DNA of 45,423 nt. Source: a bacterium (GTDB lineage Bacteria > Patescibacteriota > Patescibacteriia > CAZCGY01). Positions 1 to 9,012 of the stretch are shown piece by piece. Each line of letters opens with the position of its first letter. Position 1 is the stretch's first letter. The stretch lies in NCBI GenBank assembly GCA_043807225.1, contig JAZDGG010000090.1, positions 1 through 45,423 of the forward strand, written 5' to 3'. A program made the translations under genes and the position numbers. Under the pieces are notes generated by a model. It was given only the letters and a program-made list of their open reading frames with translations, had not been told where the DNA came from and did not search any database.

Positions 1-1617
1 GTTCCTCAATACACCGAAGGTCTGATACAAACGTGGACAGGCCCAACCAGTCCCCTAAACAAAGGTGAGCTTTTAAAACTCTCCTCGGATGAATTAGGTA
101 AGTACCTTCTTTCATGGCAACCAAAAAAGGGATGGGCGGAAGCGTCCCCGGATGGACTTGGCAGAATGCTGTCCGAAATCGTCTCGGAAAACCCCTTGAA
201 GTATAAAAACTTAGCAGAATCACTCTTCGAGCAGAAAGCTCGCCCTATATATCTCTACGATCTCTTTTGGGGGCTTGAACTGGGGCTAAAAGCTAAAGGG
301 AGCATTGATTGGACGGCCACACTAGCCACAGCAAAAAAAATAGTGTTGACGGAAAAGTATGAAGGGTTCCCAGAACCACTAGACGACCATGAATCAGGTT
401 GGCGTTCAGTTCACCAAGCGATTGTCAGCCTGATCGGGCTAGGACTTCTTCGTGAAGAATATCGAATTCCGTTTGAATATCGGGAAACGGTCTGGGCCGT
501 GGTCGAAAAGCTGTGTTCTCATGAAGAGCCGACGCCAGAATTTGAACAGAGGTATGGCGGGAAAAACATGGACCCATTAACGATGGCCATAAACACTGTC
601 CGCGGTGAGGCCTTCCACGCTCTAATCCGGTACGCGTTGTGGTGCAACGACAACTTACACGGGATTGATGATTTGGAGAAAAGGACGGATCGTATGGCTT
701 TAGAAGTAGAGCGAGTTCTCAATGAACATCTTGACCCCGGTGTCGATCCCTCGGTCACAGTGCGTTCTGTATATGGCCAATACCTTCCACAAATATCATA
801 CCTAAACTCTGAATGGTTAACCGCGAATATCACCAAGATCTTTCCAGCCGAACCAGATCTTGATGACCTCTGGAAGGCGGCTATTGGATCGTACTTCTAT
901 AATCGAGTTTACCGTGACCTATTTGCATTACTTGTCCCCGTTTTGAAAACCGGAATCAATAAGCTACTTCCGCATGAGGGCGACGAAGAGTATGAGAAGT
1001 GGGAAGAGGGTTTGGCGCACCAAATCATGCTGGGCTTCGCACATGGTTTTGATGGCGGTGAAGAACTCGCTAAACTATTTTTCCAGAAAGCGTCTTCATT
1101 GGTTAGTGGCAAAGCGATTTGGTTCGTTGGAGCAAATATACTCAACAAGTTTTTAAAGGAATCAGTGGATGGTTTGGGTGTGCAAATTCAAAAGCTGAAA
1201 AATCTGTGGTCAGAGTTTACGGCCAACGATAATCTTAACCCGGAAGTACTAGAGGGTTTTGGATGGTGGTTTGTGAATAGCCCGTTTGAAAAATTGTTTA
1301 CGATACAGCAACTTCTCAAAACACTGGAAAAAACCAAGGGACGGATCGAATGGTCTAACAAGGTTCTTGAAGAGCTTCCGCAATATGCGAAGGAATTTCC
1401 CGAACTTACGATACAATGTGTCAAGCTGCTCCTCGAAGGGGAAGATTCGTTTGGTTCGCTCCAATATAAAGCGCCAACCTACATTCAGGTCATTAAGCTG
1501 GTTCAGGCTACAAAAAGCGTTCGGGCAAAGAAAGTAGCTGATGTGCTAAATGAGCTAGCGGAAAAGGGTCTGGAAAAAGAAGTAGAGGCTGCCTCAGGGG
1601 AGCTACCGATTGGATAA
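1..1617 (+). CDS. Large alpha-helical protein, 5'-truncated by the window edge; function unknown
   Basis: Frame 1 is open from base 1 (VPQYTEGLIQTW...) into the listed ORF 166..1617. At least 538 aa are therefore visible and the true start lies upstream of the window. The sequence is helix-rich and W/L/E/K-rich, with no catalytic motif I can name. Confidence 0.6.
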   Translation, partial: VPQYTEGLIQTWTGPTSPLNKGELLKLSSDELGKYLLSWQPKKGWAEASPDGLGRMLSEIVSENPLKYKNLAESLFEQKARPIYLYDLFWGLELGLKAKGSIDWTATLATAKKIVLTEKYEGFPEPLDDHESGWRSVHQAIVSLIGLGLLREEYRIPFEYRETVWAVVEKLCSHEEPTPEFEQRYGGKNMDPLTMAINTVRGEAFHALIRYALWCNDNLHGIDDLEKRTDRMALEVERVLNEHLDPGVDPSVTVRSVYGQYLPQISYLNSEWLTANITKIFPAEPDLDDLWKAAIGSYFYNRVYRDLFALLVPVLKTGINKLLPHEGDEEYEKWEEGLAHQIMLGFAHGFDGGEELAKLFFQKASSLVSGKAIWFVGANILNKFLKESVDGLGVQIQKLKNLWSEFTANDNLNPEVLEGFGWWFVNSPFEKLFTIQQLLKTLEKTKGRIEWSNKVLEELPQYAKEFPELTIQCVKLLLEGEDSFGSLQYKAPTYIQVIKLVQATKSVRAKKVADVLNELAEKGLEKEVEAASGELPIG

Positions 1618-1753
1618 ACAAGTCACCGACTACAGGAATCAGTATCCTACGACATACTTACTAAATAGTCATATGAATCACTCGCAAGAAAAAATAATTT
1701 CAAAGACAATATTCCTCGAGTTTCTCAAGTGTACAATAAATACTTAGCAACAT

Positions 1754-2506
1754 ATGTCCCAATACTATAACCCCCAACGTACGCGTAATCTCTACGATCC
1801 GGACAGCACCAAACCATACCGCTTGAGCCGGTCGAATATCGACCTCTTCCTGAATTGCCCACAGTGTTTTTATCTTGATCGTCGGCTCGGTGTAAAACGC
1901 CCGCCGGGGTATCCCTTCGCCCTCAATACGGCCGTAGACAAGCTACTCAAACGCGAGTTTGACATCCACCGCGCCAAAGGCACGAAGCATCCGCTCATGA
2001 AGAAGTACAGAATTGACGCGGTGCCATTTGCCCATGAAAAAATCGATGAGTGGCGAGACTCCTTACGACGCGGCATTGCCTATCACCACGCTGATACGAA
2101 TTTCAGGATCACCGGCGGCGTTGACGATGTCTGGGCTAAACCGTCAGGCGCACTGATCATTGTCGACTACAAAGCTACGTCAAAGAGTGAGGAGGTCAAT
2201 CTCGATGCGGACTGGCAAATCGGCTACAAGCGACAGATGGAGGTCTACCAGTGGTTATTCCGTCAAAATGGCTTTCACGTATCGGATACTGGGTATTTCG
2301 TTTATTGTAACGGCAATAGCGATGCAGAAGCGTTCGATGGCAAGCTTGAGTTTGATGTGAAAGTTATTCCATATGAAGGAGATGACTCATGGGTGGAACA
2401 AGCTATTCTGGATGCACATGCCTGCCTGAATGGGTCAGCCATTCCCAAACCGAACCCAGACTGCGACTATTGTAACTACCGCCGATCGGCTAACGAAAAA
2501 AAGTAA
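1754..2506 (+). CDS. Cas4/RecB-like PD-(D/E)XK nuclease with a Cys cluster
   Basis: N-terminal FLNCPQCFYL, GGVDDVW...IIVDYKATSK (D...D/ExK core), RQMEVYQW (QxxxY) and C-terminal HAC...CDYCNY. This is the Cys arrangement typical of 4Fe-4S Cas4/AddB-type nuclease domains. ATG at 1754. Confidence 0.75.
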   Translation: MSQYYNPQRTRNLYDPDSTKPYRLSRSNIDLFLNCPQCFYLDRRLGVKRPPGYPFALNTAVDKLLKREFDIHRAKGTKHPLMKKYRIDAVPFAHEKIDEWRDSLRRGIAYHHADTNFRITGGVDDVWAKPSGALIIVDYKATSKSEEVNLDADWQIGYKRQMEVYQWLFRQNGFHVSDTGYFVYCNGNSDAEAFDGKLEFDVKVIPYEGDDSWVEQAILDAHACLNGSAIPKPNPDCDYCNYRRSANEKK

Positions 2507-2566
2507 CGATCAACATCTTCTTCTTTGAGCTCGAACCCTATATCGCAAAGTAGCATTTGGGCATAC

Positions 2567-3277
2567 ATGACCAGAAGAAAACGCACACAGGCAGACGCAC
2601 AGCAAGGAATAATAGCTCTAGGGTTTATTATTCTTTTCCTTATTGGCTTGAAGAACCCCGGCGCTCTTTGGGCGCTCGTCATCCTTGGAGTAGTTATGGT
2701 TGGAGTTGTGGTGGTTATCCAACGGAGAGCGAGGGCCCGCTTTTTTCAAGAACAAGACACGTTAGAAAAACTCCGAAGATTGACTCCCGGTCAGTTTGAG
2801 GAATACGTCGTCGATCTCTTCCAGCAGCTCGGTTATAAGATGGAACGAGTGGGCGGAAGCTATGACGGCGGTATTGATGTGATTGCCACCAAAGGCGGAG
2901 TGAAACACTTCATCCAGTGCAAGAAGTTTATTACCCGCCAAGTGACGGTCCATGATGTTCGAGATTTCTATGGTGCAATCGTGGATGATCATTCCATGGC
3001 GAGGGCGTTCTTTATTACAACCAATATCTTCACATTGGAAGCGGAGAAGTTCTGCGAGGATAAACCCATCGAGCTGATTGACGGCCAGAAGCTTATGGGC
3101 TATGTGCGCCAAGCCGGAGTTGCCGTCCCAATAATTAATCAGGCAGAGACTGAGCGATGCCCTCGTGATGGAGGAGTCATCGTGAAGCGTGAAGGCAAGT
3201 TTGGCCCTTTTCTTGGTTGCAGCAACTATCCTCGGTGCGCGTATACAAAGTCACTTGAGGTCAATAACAAAGAATAG
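2567..3277 (+). CDS. Membrane-anchored Mrr-type restriction endonuclease with a C-terminal topoisomerase-type C4 zinc ribbon
   Basis: Two hydrophobic helices (IIALGFIILFLIGL, LWALVILGVVMVGVVVVI). Mrr_cat-like core FEEYVVDLFQQLGY...YDGGIDVIA...FIQCKKF. C-terminal CPRDGG...GPFLGCSNYPRC. The track starts at TTG 2525; the first ATG is at 2567, so the start is uncertain. Confidence 0.75.
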   Translation: MTRRKRTQADAQQGIIALGFIILFLIGLKNPGALWALVILGVVMVGVVVVIQRRARARFFQEQDTLEKLRRLTPGQFEEYVVDLFQQLGYKMERVGGSYDGGIDVIATKGGVKHFIQCKKFITRQVTVHDVRDFYGAIVDDHSMARAFFITTNIFTLEAEKFCEDKPIELIDGQKLMGYVRQAGVAVPIINQAETERCPRDGGVIVKREGKFGPFLGCSNYPRCAYTKSLEVNNKE

Positions 3278-3278
3278 T

Positions 3279-3767
3279 ATGCCCAAGATCCTCATTTTTG
3301 AAGACGATCGGATGCTCCGATCCATGTATGAAACCAAATTTACCATGGAAGGTTTTACCGTGGTCGGAAACGATCACCCAACAGAAGATCCGGTCGGCCT
3401 TATCATCAAAGAAAACCCCGCCATCATCATATCGGGTGTTGTTATGCCGGTCATGAGCGGATTTGATGCAGCAAAACTGTACAAAACCGATCAACGGACG
3501 AAAGGCATCCCGCTTATCTTCTTAACCAATCTTGGGCAGAGCAAGGATGTTGAGATGGGTAAGGAACTAGGCGCGGCTGCATACCTGATCAAAGCAAACC
3601 ACATGCCGATCGAGATCGTGAACGAGGTTCGCAGGGTACTCAGATTACCGATACCTCCGGAAAAGCCGATCCCACCGCCTGGCGACGCTTGGCATGGGCC
3701 ATCGGTTGGCGATCTGCCGCCGGATAAGCCGAAATCGTGGTGGCAGAAGTTATTCGGTCCAAAGTAG
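3279..3767 (+). CDS. Stand-alone response-regulator receiver domain lacking the phospho-acceptor Asp, with a Pro-rich tail
   Basis: MPKILIFEDD (acidic pair), IFLTNLG (Thr) and YLIKA (Lys) are conserved. The CheY D57 position reads IISGVVMPVMSG, so Gly replaces Asp. ATG 3279 lies 1 nt after the TAG (3275-3277) of the Mrr-like gene. The track ORF 3189.. is an upstream extension overlapping that gene. Confidence 0.75.
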   Translation: MPKILIFEDDRMLRSMYETKFTMEGFTVVGNDHPTEDPVGLIIKENPAIIISGVVMPVMSGFDAAKLYKTDQRTKGIPLIFLTNLGQSKDVEMGKELGAAAYLIKANHMPIEIVNEVRRVLRLPIPPEKPIPPPGDAWHGPSVGDLPPDKPKSWWQKLFGPK

Positions 3768-3773
3768 ATCGAC

Positions 3774-4847
3774 CTATCGTTGGCCCAACCGCTTAAGGAG
3801 AAGCTCGAACGTTTTTCTGGAGAATTGGCTGAGCTGCCACTTCGCCAATTTGCTGTATGGCTTTTCTCCAATATCGGTTGATGTCTTGATGGTTGGGAGA
3901 ACCGCAGTGACCGCCTCATTCGCTTTTACCCAAGCCGCGTGTGTCCATGTCCAAACTTGAATGCCGCCACCCTCATAGCTCGGATCAATACATAATTGGA
4001 AACTTGTTCGCCCGCTATCATGTTCGGCGGTAATGGTGAAATACTTTGGTGTTTTGGTAGCGACGACGCCTTGAATGGATATTCTGTCTTCTCGTAAGTC
4101 ATTGAAGAGGTCGAGAAACTCCTGTACTGGTCCCTGTTGTCCGACAGTGGTATAGGCTTCAATCAGTTCCTTGTCTGAAGGGAGCGGCGGCCTGGTTTTC
4201 TGAGTTAAATCTTTCTTCGTCTCGGCGCCGAAAAGGTGAGGGATAACGATCTCGAAGGATTCATGTTTGTAATACTTGAGTTCTACTGCGTATACGTCAA
4301 ACTCGCTGTTCTGGTTCAGATAGACAATCAGATTTTTTAATTGCTCATGGAGTGTATCCATGAGCACCACGAACTTGAAACTTCCGTCCTGAAAGTTCCG
4401 CTGGATTTGTTGCAATAATTGACCTCGAGCTTCGTTGTTTAAACCAAAGTATTGTTGGGCACGTTCGCTGAAGTTTGGTTGCCCCTGTTTTTCCAGAGCA
4501 CCGTCAATCTGATTGACAAACAGTTGGTAATCGCGCATTTCGCGCCAGAGAGCGGCCCCGTAGTCGAGGACTTGGGCCACAACAAGCCGCTTGTCCGCGT
4601 TGCGGAACAACTTGGTCTCGATCAGATAAATATTCCCGGCATTATCGATGCCGATGGCATCAATCGGGCCGCTTGAGGTCGAAAACTCCCGCGCGAGGAT
4701 CAGCAGTTTGATGTCTTCACGGATATCATAGATCGGAACCGTTTCGGGATTATTGAAGATAAATTCCTGGAGCGGATCTTCGTGGGGAAATGGTGTAGGA
4801 TCGACTTTCGTCGCCCGAGAACCTTTTTTTGTGATGATGATGGACAT
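3774..4847 (-). CDS. NucS/DUF91-like PD-(D/E)XK nuclease-domain protein with an uncharacterised C-terminal half
   Basis: GPIDAIGIDNAGNIYLIETKL gives a D...ExK pattern in the N-terminal third, as in NucS-type endonuclease domains. ATG at 4847. The gene is convergent with the receiver gene, with a 6-nt gap. Confidence 0.55.
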   Translation of the reverse strand: MSIIITKKGSRATKVDPTPFPHEDPLQEFIFNNPETVPIYDIREDIKLLILAREFSTSSGPIDAIGIDNAGNIYLIETKLFRNADKRLVVAQVLDYGAALWREMRDYQLFVNQIDGALEKQGQPNFSERAQQYFGLNNEARGQLLQQIQRNFQDGSFKFVVLMDTLHEQLKNLIVYLNQNSEFDVYAVELKYYKHESFEIVIPHLFGAETKKDLTQKTRPPLPSDKELIEAYTTVGQQGPVQEFLDLFNDLREDRISIQGVVATKTPKYFTITAEHDSGRTSFQLCIDPSYEGGGIQVWTWTHAAWVKANEAVTAVLPTIKTSTDIGEKPYSKLAKWQLSQFSRKTFELLLKRLGQR

Positions 4848-4889
4848 GGTGGTGGGTGATCCCGCTTGATTGTATCTATTGCATCGCCA

Positions 4890-5429
4890 TTACACTCGGT
4901 GGTGTGCTTTGCTAATCATTTCACGGCCAAGTTTTGTGGCTTCTTGAAATACTTCGGACATCTTCCGGTTTTTGAAGGTCACAATGTTGTCTGCCCTAAT
5001 TGCACTATTATTCCCAATGCCCCAATACGTTTTTTGTGAATTTTGAGTAGCTGGCGTGAGGACTTCGATGGTTCCGGTCATGACACCCTTATTGATTTCA
5101 AGACTGACGATCTGACTGTATTCGAAGGCGTTACATCTGCCGCCGAAGGTACTTCCGGCTTGAAAACCCCACTTGAGGATATAGAGTCGACGATCAGTGA
5201 TCACCAGGCCTTCACCCCACGATCCTTTTAGCTTAGCGAGCACTTTCTCGTTGGCTTGCAGGTTTTTCTGCAACAACTTTTCTCCCCGTCTACCCAAATC
5301 ATGTGAGAGTGTATTCATGGTTTTCGGATTAATATATACACAAAGCTCCGCCCCAGCCGGCAGCCTTTCGACCACCCATGCCCCTTTCGAGACATGACCC
5401 ATCGCTGAGTAGCTGAGCACGGAGCTCAA
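4890..5429 (-). CDS. Hypothetical protein, bacterial PH-domain-like
   Basis: GLVITDRRLYILKWG...FEYSQIVSLEINKGVMTGTIEV resembles bacterial PH (bPH/YokE-like) folds. The start is uncertain: TTG at 5429 or ATG at 5402. No clear RBS. Confidence 0.45.
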   Translation of the reverse strand: MSSVLSYSAMGHVSKGAWVVERLPAGAELCVYINPKTMNTLSHDLGRRGEKLLQKNLQANEKVLAKLKGSWGEGLVITDRRLYILKWGFQAGSTFGGRCNAFEYSQIVSLEINKGVMTGTIEVLTPATQNSQKTYWGIGNNSAIRADNIVTFKNRKMSEVFQEATKLGREMISKAHHRV

Positions 5430-5583
5430 TATCAGCGATGGGATTTATTGCCATGCCGTTCCGAAGAACGGTTTAGGCAACATAGTTATTAGTGAAAGAA
5501 CGTTCGGGCAGAATACCTTGGTCCGGAGGCCTCGAACTGCACTAAGTTTACTCGTATTCCAGGCCTTCTGCAAAGGTTTTATC

Positions 5584-6969
5584 TTACGTCATGGGTTTCT
5601 CCTTTGGTAAGTCGGTAAGAATATGTCGGTCTTTCAGGTAGAGCTTTGTCTTCAGGCATGACAGGAGTTCGCGCTTTTCTTCCCGTGATCCCTCTTGAAG
5701 GATGTACTTGGCGAAGCTCCGCAGATCGATATGACCGATCCTGGTCTTTATCAGACTGTCTCCGAGCACGCTCTCGGTGAACCTCCGAAACCGTTCCATC
5801 TCTTGCTGCAACTTTTCACGGGCGGTGATCTGGTTTAGCGGCAGCTTGTCCACGGTTCGCAGGAGTTCTGCGACCAACTCCTCCTCGCGGATGTACGGCT
5901 CGCCGCAGTCTATGCTTCGCGATTTGGTGCAGTTATAGTAGACATAGCGGCGGGTGGTGCCATTCTTGAATCTCTTGAACTTCTCCTGGGCGGTGATGCC
6001 AGATCCACACGCACCGCAGAGGAGCATGCGGGTGAAGTCGAATTCCTTCGTGCCTGGTTTCGTTTTCGGATGGGTGCTCATGCGGATTTGCACCTCTTCG
6101 AACAACTCTTTCGTGATAATCGATTCGTGGTTGACTGGGTGCCAATTGCCGCTCTTTTCTGGATACTCAAACATTCCGCAGTAGTAGGGTTGGTTGAGGA
6201 TGCAATAGACCGTGCTTAAGGTGAGGAACTTCCCGGTTCGGCTCCGCAGTGGCGTATCGCGGCGTAGCCAGCGGTATATTTCACGTCCGCTGTAGCCGTG
6301 GTAGGCGACTTTCTCAAACATCTCCCGGATGAGCGGCGCACGTTCTTGATCCAAGAATATTTTCTTCTTGCCTTTGACTCCCTCAGGCTGGTTCAAGTAT
6401 CCCAAGGGCGTCACTCCTGGCCGATACCCCATCTGCGCTTTGGCACGCAACCCGCGTTTGACGTTTTCTCCCCGGTTGTCATTCTCCAGCTTCGCTTGTG
6501 AACAGAGGATCATTAGGAGAAATTTGTCGTTCGGCGTATCGGCAAAGGTCTGGCCGTGCGTCCGGATGGCTTCTAGGTATCCGCTGTCCATGAGATCGAC
6601 CAGAATGCCAAGATCACCAGCGTTGCGGCTCAGACGATCTGGCGCCCACGTAAGGATGCCGTTGAACGTGCCTTTACGGATGTCGGTCAGAAGTTCGTTG
6701 AAGATTGGGCGCTGGCCAGACTGTTTGGCCGAGAAGCTCTCTTGTCGGACGTCTTTTACTTTCAGCTTCTCAAGCTTGGCCCGATCCAGCATCTCCTGAA
6801 TCTGTGAATCGATGGAGAGTGCCTGTCGTTCGTCGTCCTCGCTGGACTTTCTGGCATAGAGGCAGTAGGTGACGGGTTTCGTCCGCATAATCGGCAGATC
6901 TGATTTCTGAATCACGCCGTTGATCACCTGCGGTAGTGCGATGGGGGCGGTGTTGGTGTAGATGGGCAT
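5584..6969 (-). CDS. Large serine recombinase (phage/ICE-type integrase)
   Basis: YCLYARKSSEDDERQALSIDSQ (catalytic Ser region) and WAPDRLSRN. A recombinase domain is followed by a zinc ribbon, CGACGSG...YYNCTKSRSIDC. ATG at 6969 is preceded by AGGAA. Confidence 0.9.
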   Translation of the reverse strand: MPIYTNTAPIALPQVINGVIQKSDLPIMRTKPVTYCLYARKSSEDDERQALSIDSQIQEMLDRAKLEKLKVKDVRQESFSAKQSGQRPIFNELLTDIRKGTFNGILTWAPDRLSRNAGDLGILVDLMDSGYLEAIRTHGQTFADTPNDKFLLMILCSQAKLENDNRGENVKRGLRAKAQMGYRPGVTPLGYLNQPEGVKGKKKIFLDQERAPLIREMFEKVAYHGYSGREIYRWLRRDTPLRSRTGKFLTLSTVYCILNQPYYCGMFEYPEKSGNWHPVNHESIITKELFEEVQIRMSTHPKTKPGTKEFDFTRMLLCGACGSGITAQEKFKRFKNGTTRRYVYYNCTKSRSIDCGEPYIREEELVAELLRTVDKLPLNQITAREKLQQEMERFRRFTESVLGDSLIKTRIGHIDLRSFAKYILQEGSREEKRELLSCLKTKLYLKDRHILTDLPKEKPMT

Positions 6970-7091
6970 AATGTGGTTCCTTTCTGGCGCTTGGGCGCCA
7001 GCCACACCATACCGCCCCGGGGTGAGGAGTCTAGTTGGTAAGCTGTAGGTAACTAAAGCCCCAGTAAGGCTCTAAAATACTCCCAAATGAG

Positions 7092-8606
7092 CTACCAACG
7101 GCTCCGGCGGCGAGAGGGGTCTAAGTCGTCTAATGTGACCCCGCAGCGATCGTACATCGCTCTGGCGTTCCCAACGACCCTGTGGGGTCGAGGTTTATCA
7201 CTCGCTCGAATTTTGAAGAGCAATGTGGAAAAGGCATCAGCGAGGTCATCGCAACGCTCGAACCCAAATCCCGTGATCTGGGCAATCAATTCCTCAGCTC
7301 CACGTTTCGGGAATAACACCTTTTTCGTCTCTACCAGCGTGCTGACGAGGGACAGTCTCTCCCGTTTATCCATCGAGCCGACCGCAACGCTTTCTGCCGG
7401 GAACCCATCGTCCTTCAGTTGCTGAATAATGGACGCCTGGTACGCCACATCCTCAATAAACAGTTTTGACAGCTCCTGTCCGGGTGCCAGGGTTCGTGAC
7501 AGGCATTTCGCCTTCTCGAGCGTCCTTGGGAAATCAAGCCGCTCATTGACGGGATTTGGGAGGATCATGATTCGCAGCGTGTCCTTATTTCCGTAGATTT
7601 TCGCTGAGACCATCGCCGTTCGGTTCGCTGTCTCCCGCAGCGAGATAGCCAAATCGATGCCAGTTGCGGTGTGGCGATAATTAGGAATCTCTGGAGGTGC
7701 TGCTGGATCGTAATATTCGAGCCATTCCGGTTTAATCACCTGGTTACTGGGACTGAGGATTTTAAGCAAATACTCCCGGTACCAGGTCACTTCATCGACA
7801 ATGGTTCGGCGCAAGGTTTCCACTGCCTCCATATTCGGAAACTTGCTTTTCCACAAAATTTGACCCTGCTCATCGACTAGGGGATAACGGCGGACGATGC
7901 CGCTTCGTTTATTCTCGTCAATTTGTCGGCTCAGACGCATGAGGAGCGAATCCTCATGCAGCATATTTCCGATCATGATAATTTTCGTTCCGAGGTCACC
8001 GAGAGGAATGATCTCTCCCGTGAACCAGGCATAATCCTTGTCACGCTGTTCTAGTGTTTTGACTGATTCAAGACTCTCGACATCGTCGGCGATAATCAGG
8101 TCAGGACGATTCTCCCAATGTCTGATACCCCGAATCGCTTGTTCGCTCGATGCCACCATAATCCTGGCTCGATACTTCGGTATCACGACGGACATCGCAC
8201 CCCATTGATCACCGTCCTCAAACGGTCCAAGTTCCCGCTTCAGCATTTCGTTATAGTCCATTTCGTTTCGTAGATTAGCCATCAGGATACGGGCTTGGTC
8301 TTTATTCTCGGTGAGGATCAGGACGAATTTGCGTCGCTGTCGGCCGATGATACTCCAGATCGGGTAGGCCAGACTGAAGATGGTTGATTTTGCCGATCCC
8401 CGAAAAGCTAAAATGATCGCCAGTTGAATCGTATCCGATTGTCCAATCCGGAACATTTCGCGGTGGAAGTCAGCCGTTTCGTGTTTCACGTAGTGGCCGA
8501 AGTATGTTGGGAAGAACCAGGCGAAACTCTGCGGTGCGACGCTTTGTCGGACTTCTGGGTCGTCGATCATCGCGTCGATGATGGATTGATCTTCATTTTT
8601 GGTCAT
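7092..8606 (-). CDS. terL: Phage terminase large subunit
   Basis: Walker A-like AFRGSAKST, Walker B-like LIIADDVESL, and a C-terminal RNaseH-like nuclease region (TGIDLAIS). AAGGAGA RBS lies 8 nt upstream of ATG 8606. Confidence 0.85.
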   Translation of the reverse strand: MTKNEDQSIIDAMIDDPEVRQSVAPQSFAWFFPTYFGHYVKHETADFHREMFRIGQSDTIQLAIILAFRGSAKSTIFSLAYPIWSIIGRQRRKFVLILTENKDQARILMANLRNEMDYNEMLKRELGPFEDGDQWGAMSVVIPKYRARIMVASSEQAIRGIRHWENRPDLIIADDVESLESVKTLEQRDKDYAWFTGEIIPLGDLGTKIIMIGNMLHEDSLLMRLSRQIDENKRSGIVRRYPLVDEQGQILWKSKFPNMEAVETLRRTIVDEVTWYREYLLKILSPSNQVIKPEWLEYYDPAAPPEIPNYRHTATGIDLAISLRETANRTAMVSAKIYGNKDTLRIMILPNPVNERLDFPRTLEKAKCLSRTLAPGQELSKLFIEDVAYQASIIQQLKDDGFPAESVAVGSMDKRERLSLVSTLVETKKVLFPKRGAEELIAQITGFGFERCDDLADAFSTLLFKIRASDKPRPHRVVGNARAMYDRCGVTLDDLDPSRRRSRW

Positions 8607-9012
8607 TTGGGTTGTCTCCTTCGGTGAGATTTGATAATTTCAATGCTCGTCGAATCAGCGCTTGCTGTTCGGGCGTAAGCGTGAGATCGTGAACGGTCGC
8701 TTCGACTTCGACTTTGGTTGAATACGCCTTATGCCGATGTTTCAACCAGAAGATGATAGCCGACAAGTTCTTGTTTTGAATCGCTGAAAGTAGATTCGCT
8801 TCGGCCATATCATTCATCTTGTCGATACCTTCCTGTGAGGCCTCTTCTGCGAGCTTTGAGAACTCTTCGTCGTTGTTTCGAAACCTGTAGTAGGTTGCGC
8901 GAGAGACACCGCTCTTTCCACACGCGACTTCGATATTCGGAAACTTACGGAGCATTTCGATCAAGAGTTCCTTTTGTTTCTTTTGACGACGCTGGATAAT
9001 CGAGCTAGACAT
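8593..9012 (-). CDS. Terminase small subunit-like HTH protein
   Basis: The 139-aa protein has an N-terminal HTH (ACGKSGVSRATYYRFRNNDEEF). It sits immediately upstream of TerL and overlaps it by 14 nt. The call is mainly positional. Confidence 0.55.
   Translation of the reverse strand: MSSSIIQRRQKKQKELLIEMLRKFPNIEVACGKSGVSRATYYRFRNNDEEFSKLAEEASQEGIDKMNDMAEANLLSAIQNKNLSAIIFWLKHRHKAYSTKVEVEATVHDLTLTPEQQALIRRALKLSNLTEGDNPNDQK

Noticed and set aside
8474-8489. parS-like half sites (TGTTTCACGT at about 8478 and GTGAAACA at about 9768)
   Set aside because: Only one half of the 16-bp parS palindrome matches in each case. Both lie inside phage-derived coding sequence far from parAB. I found no full parS in the window.
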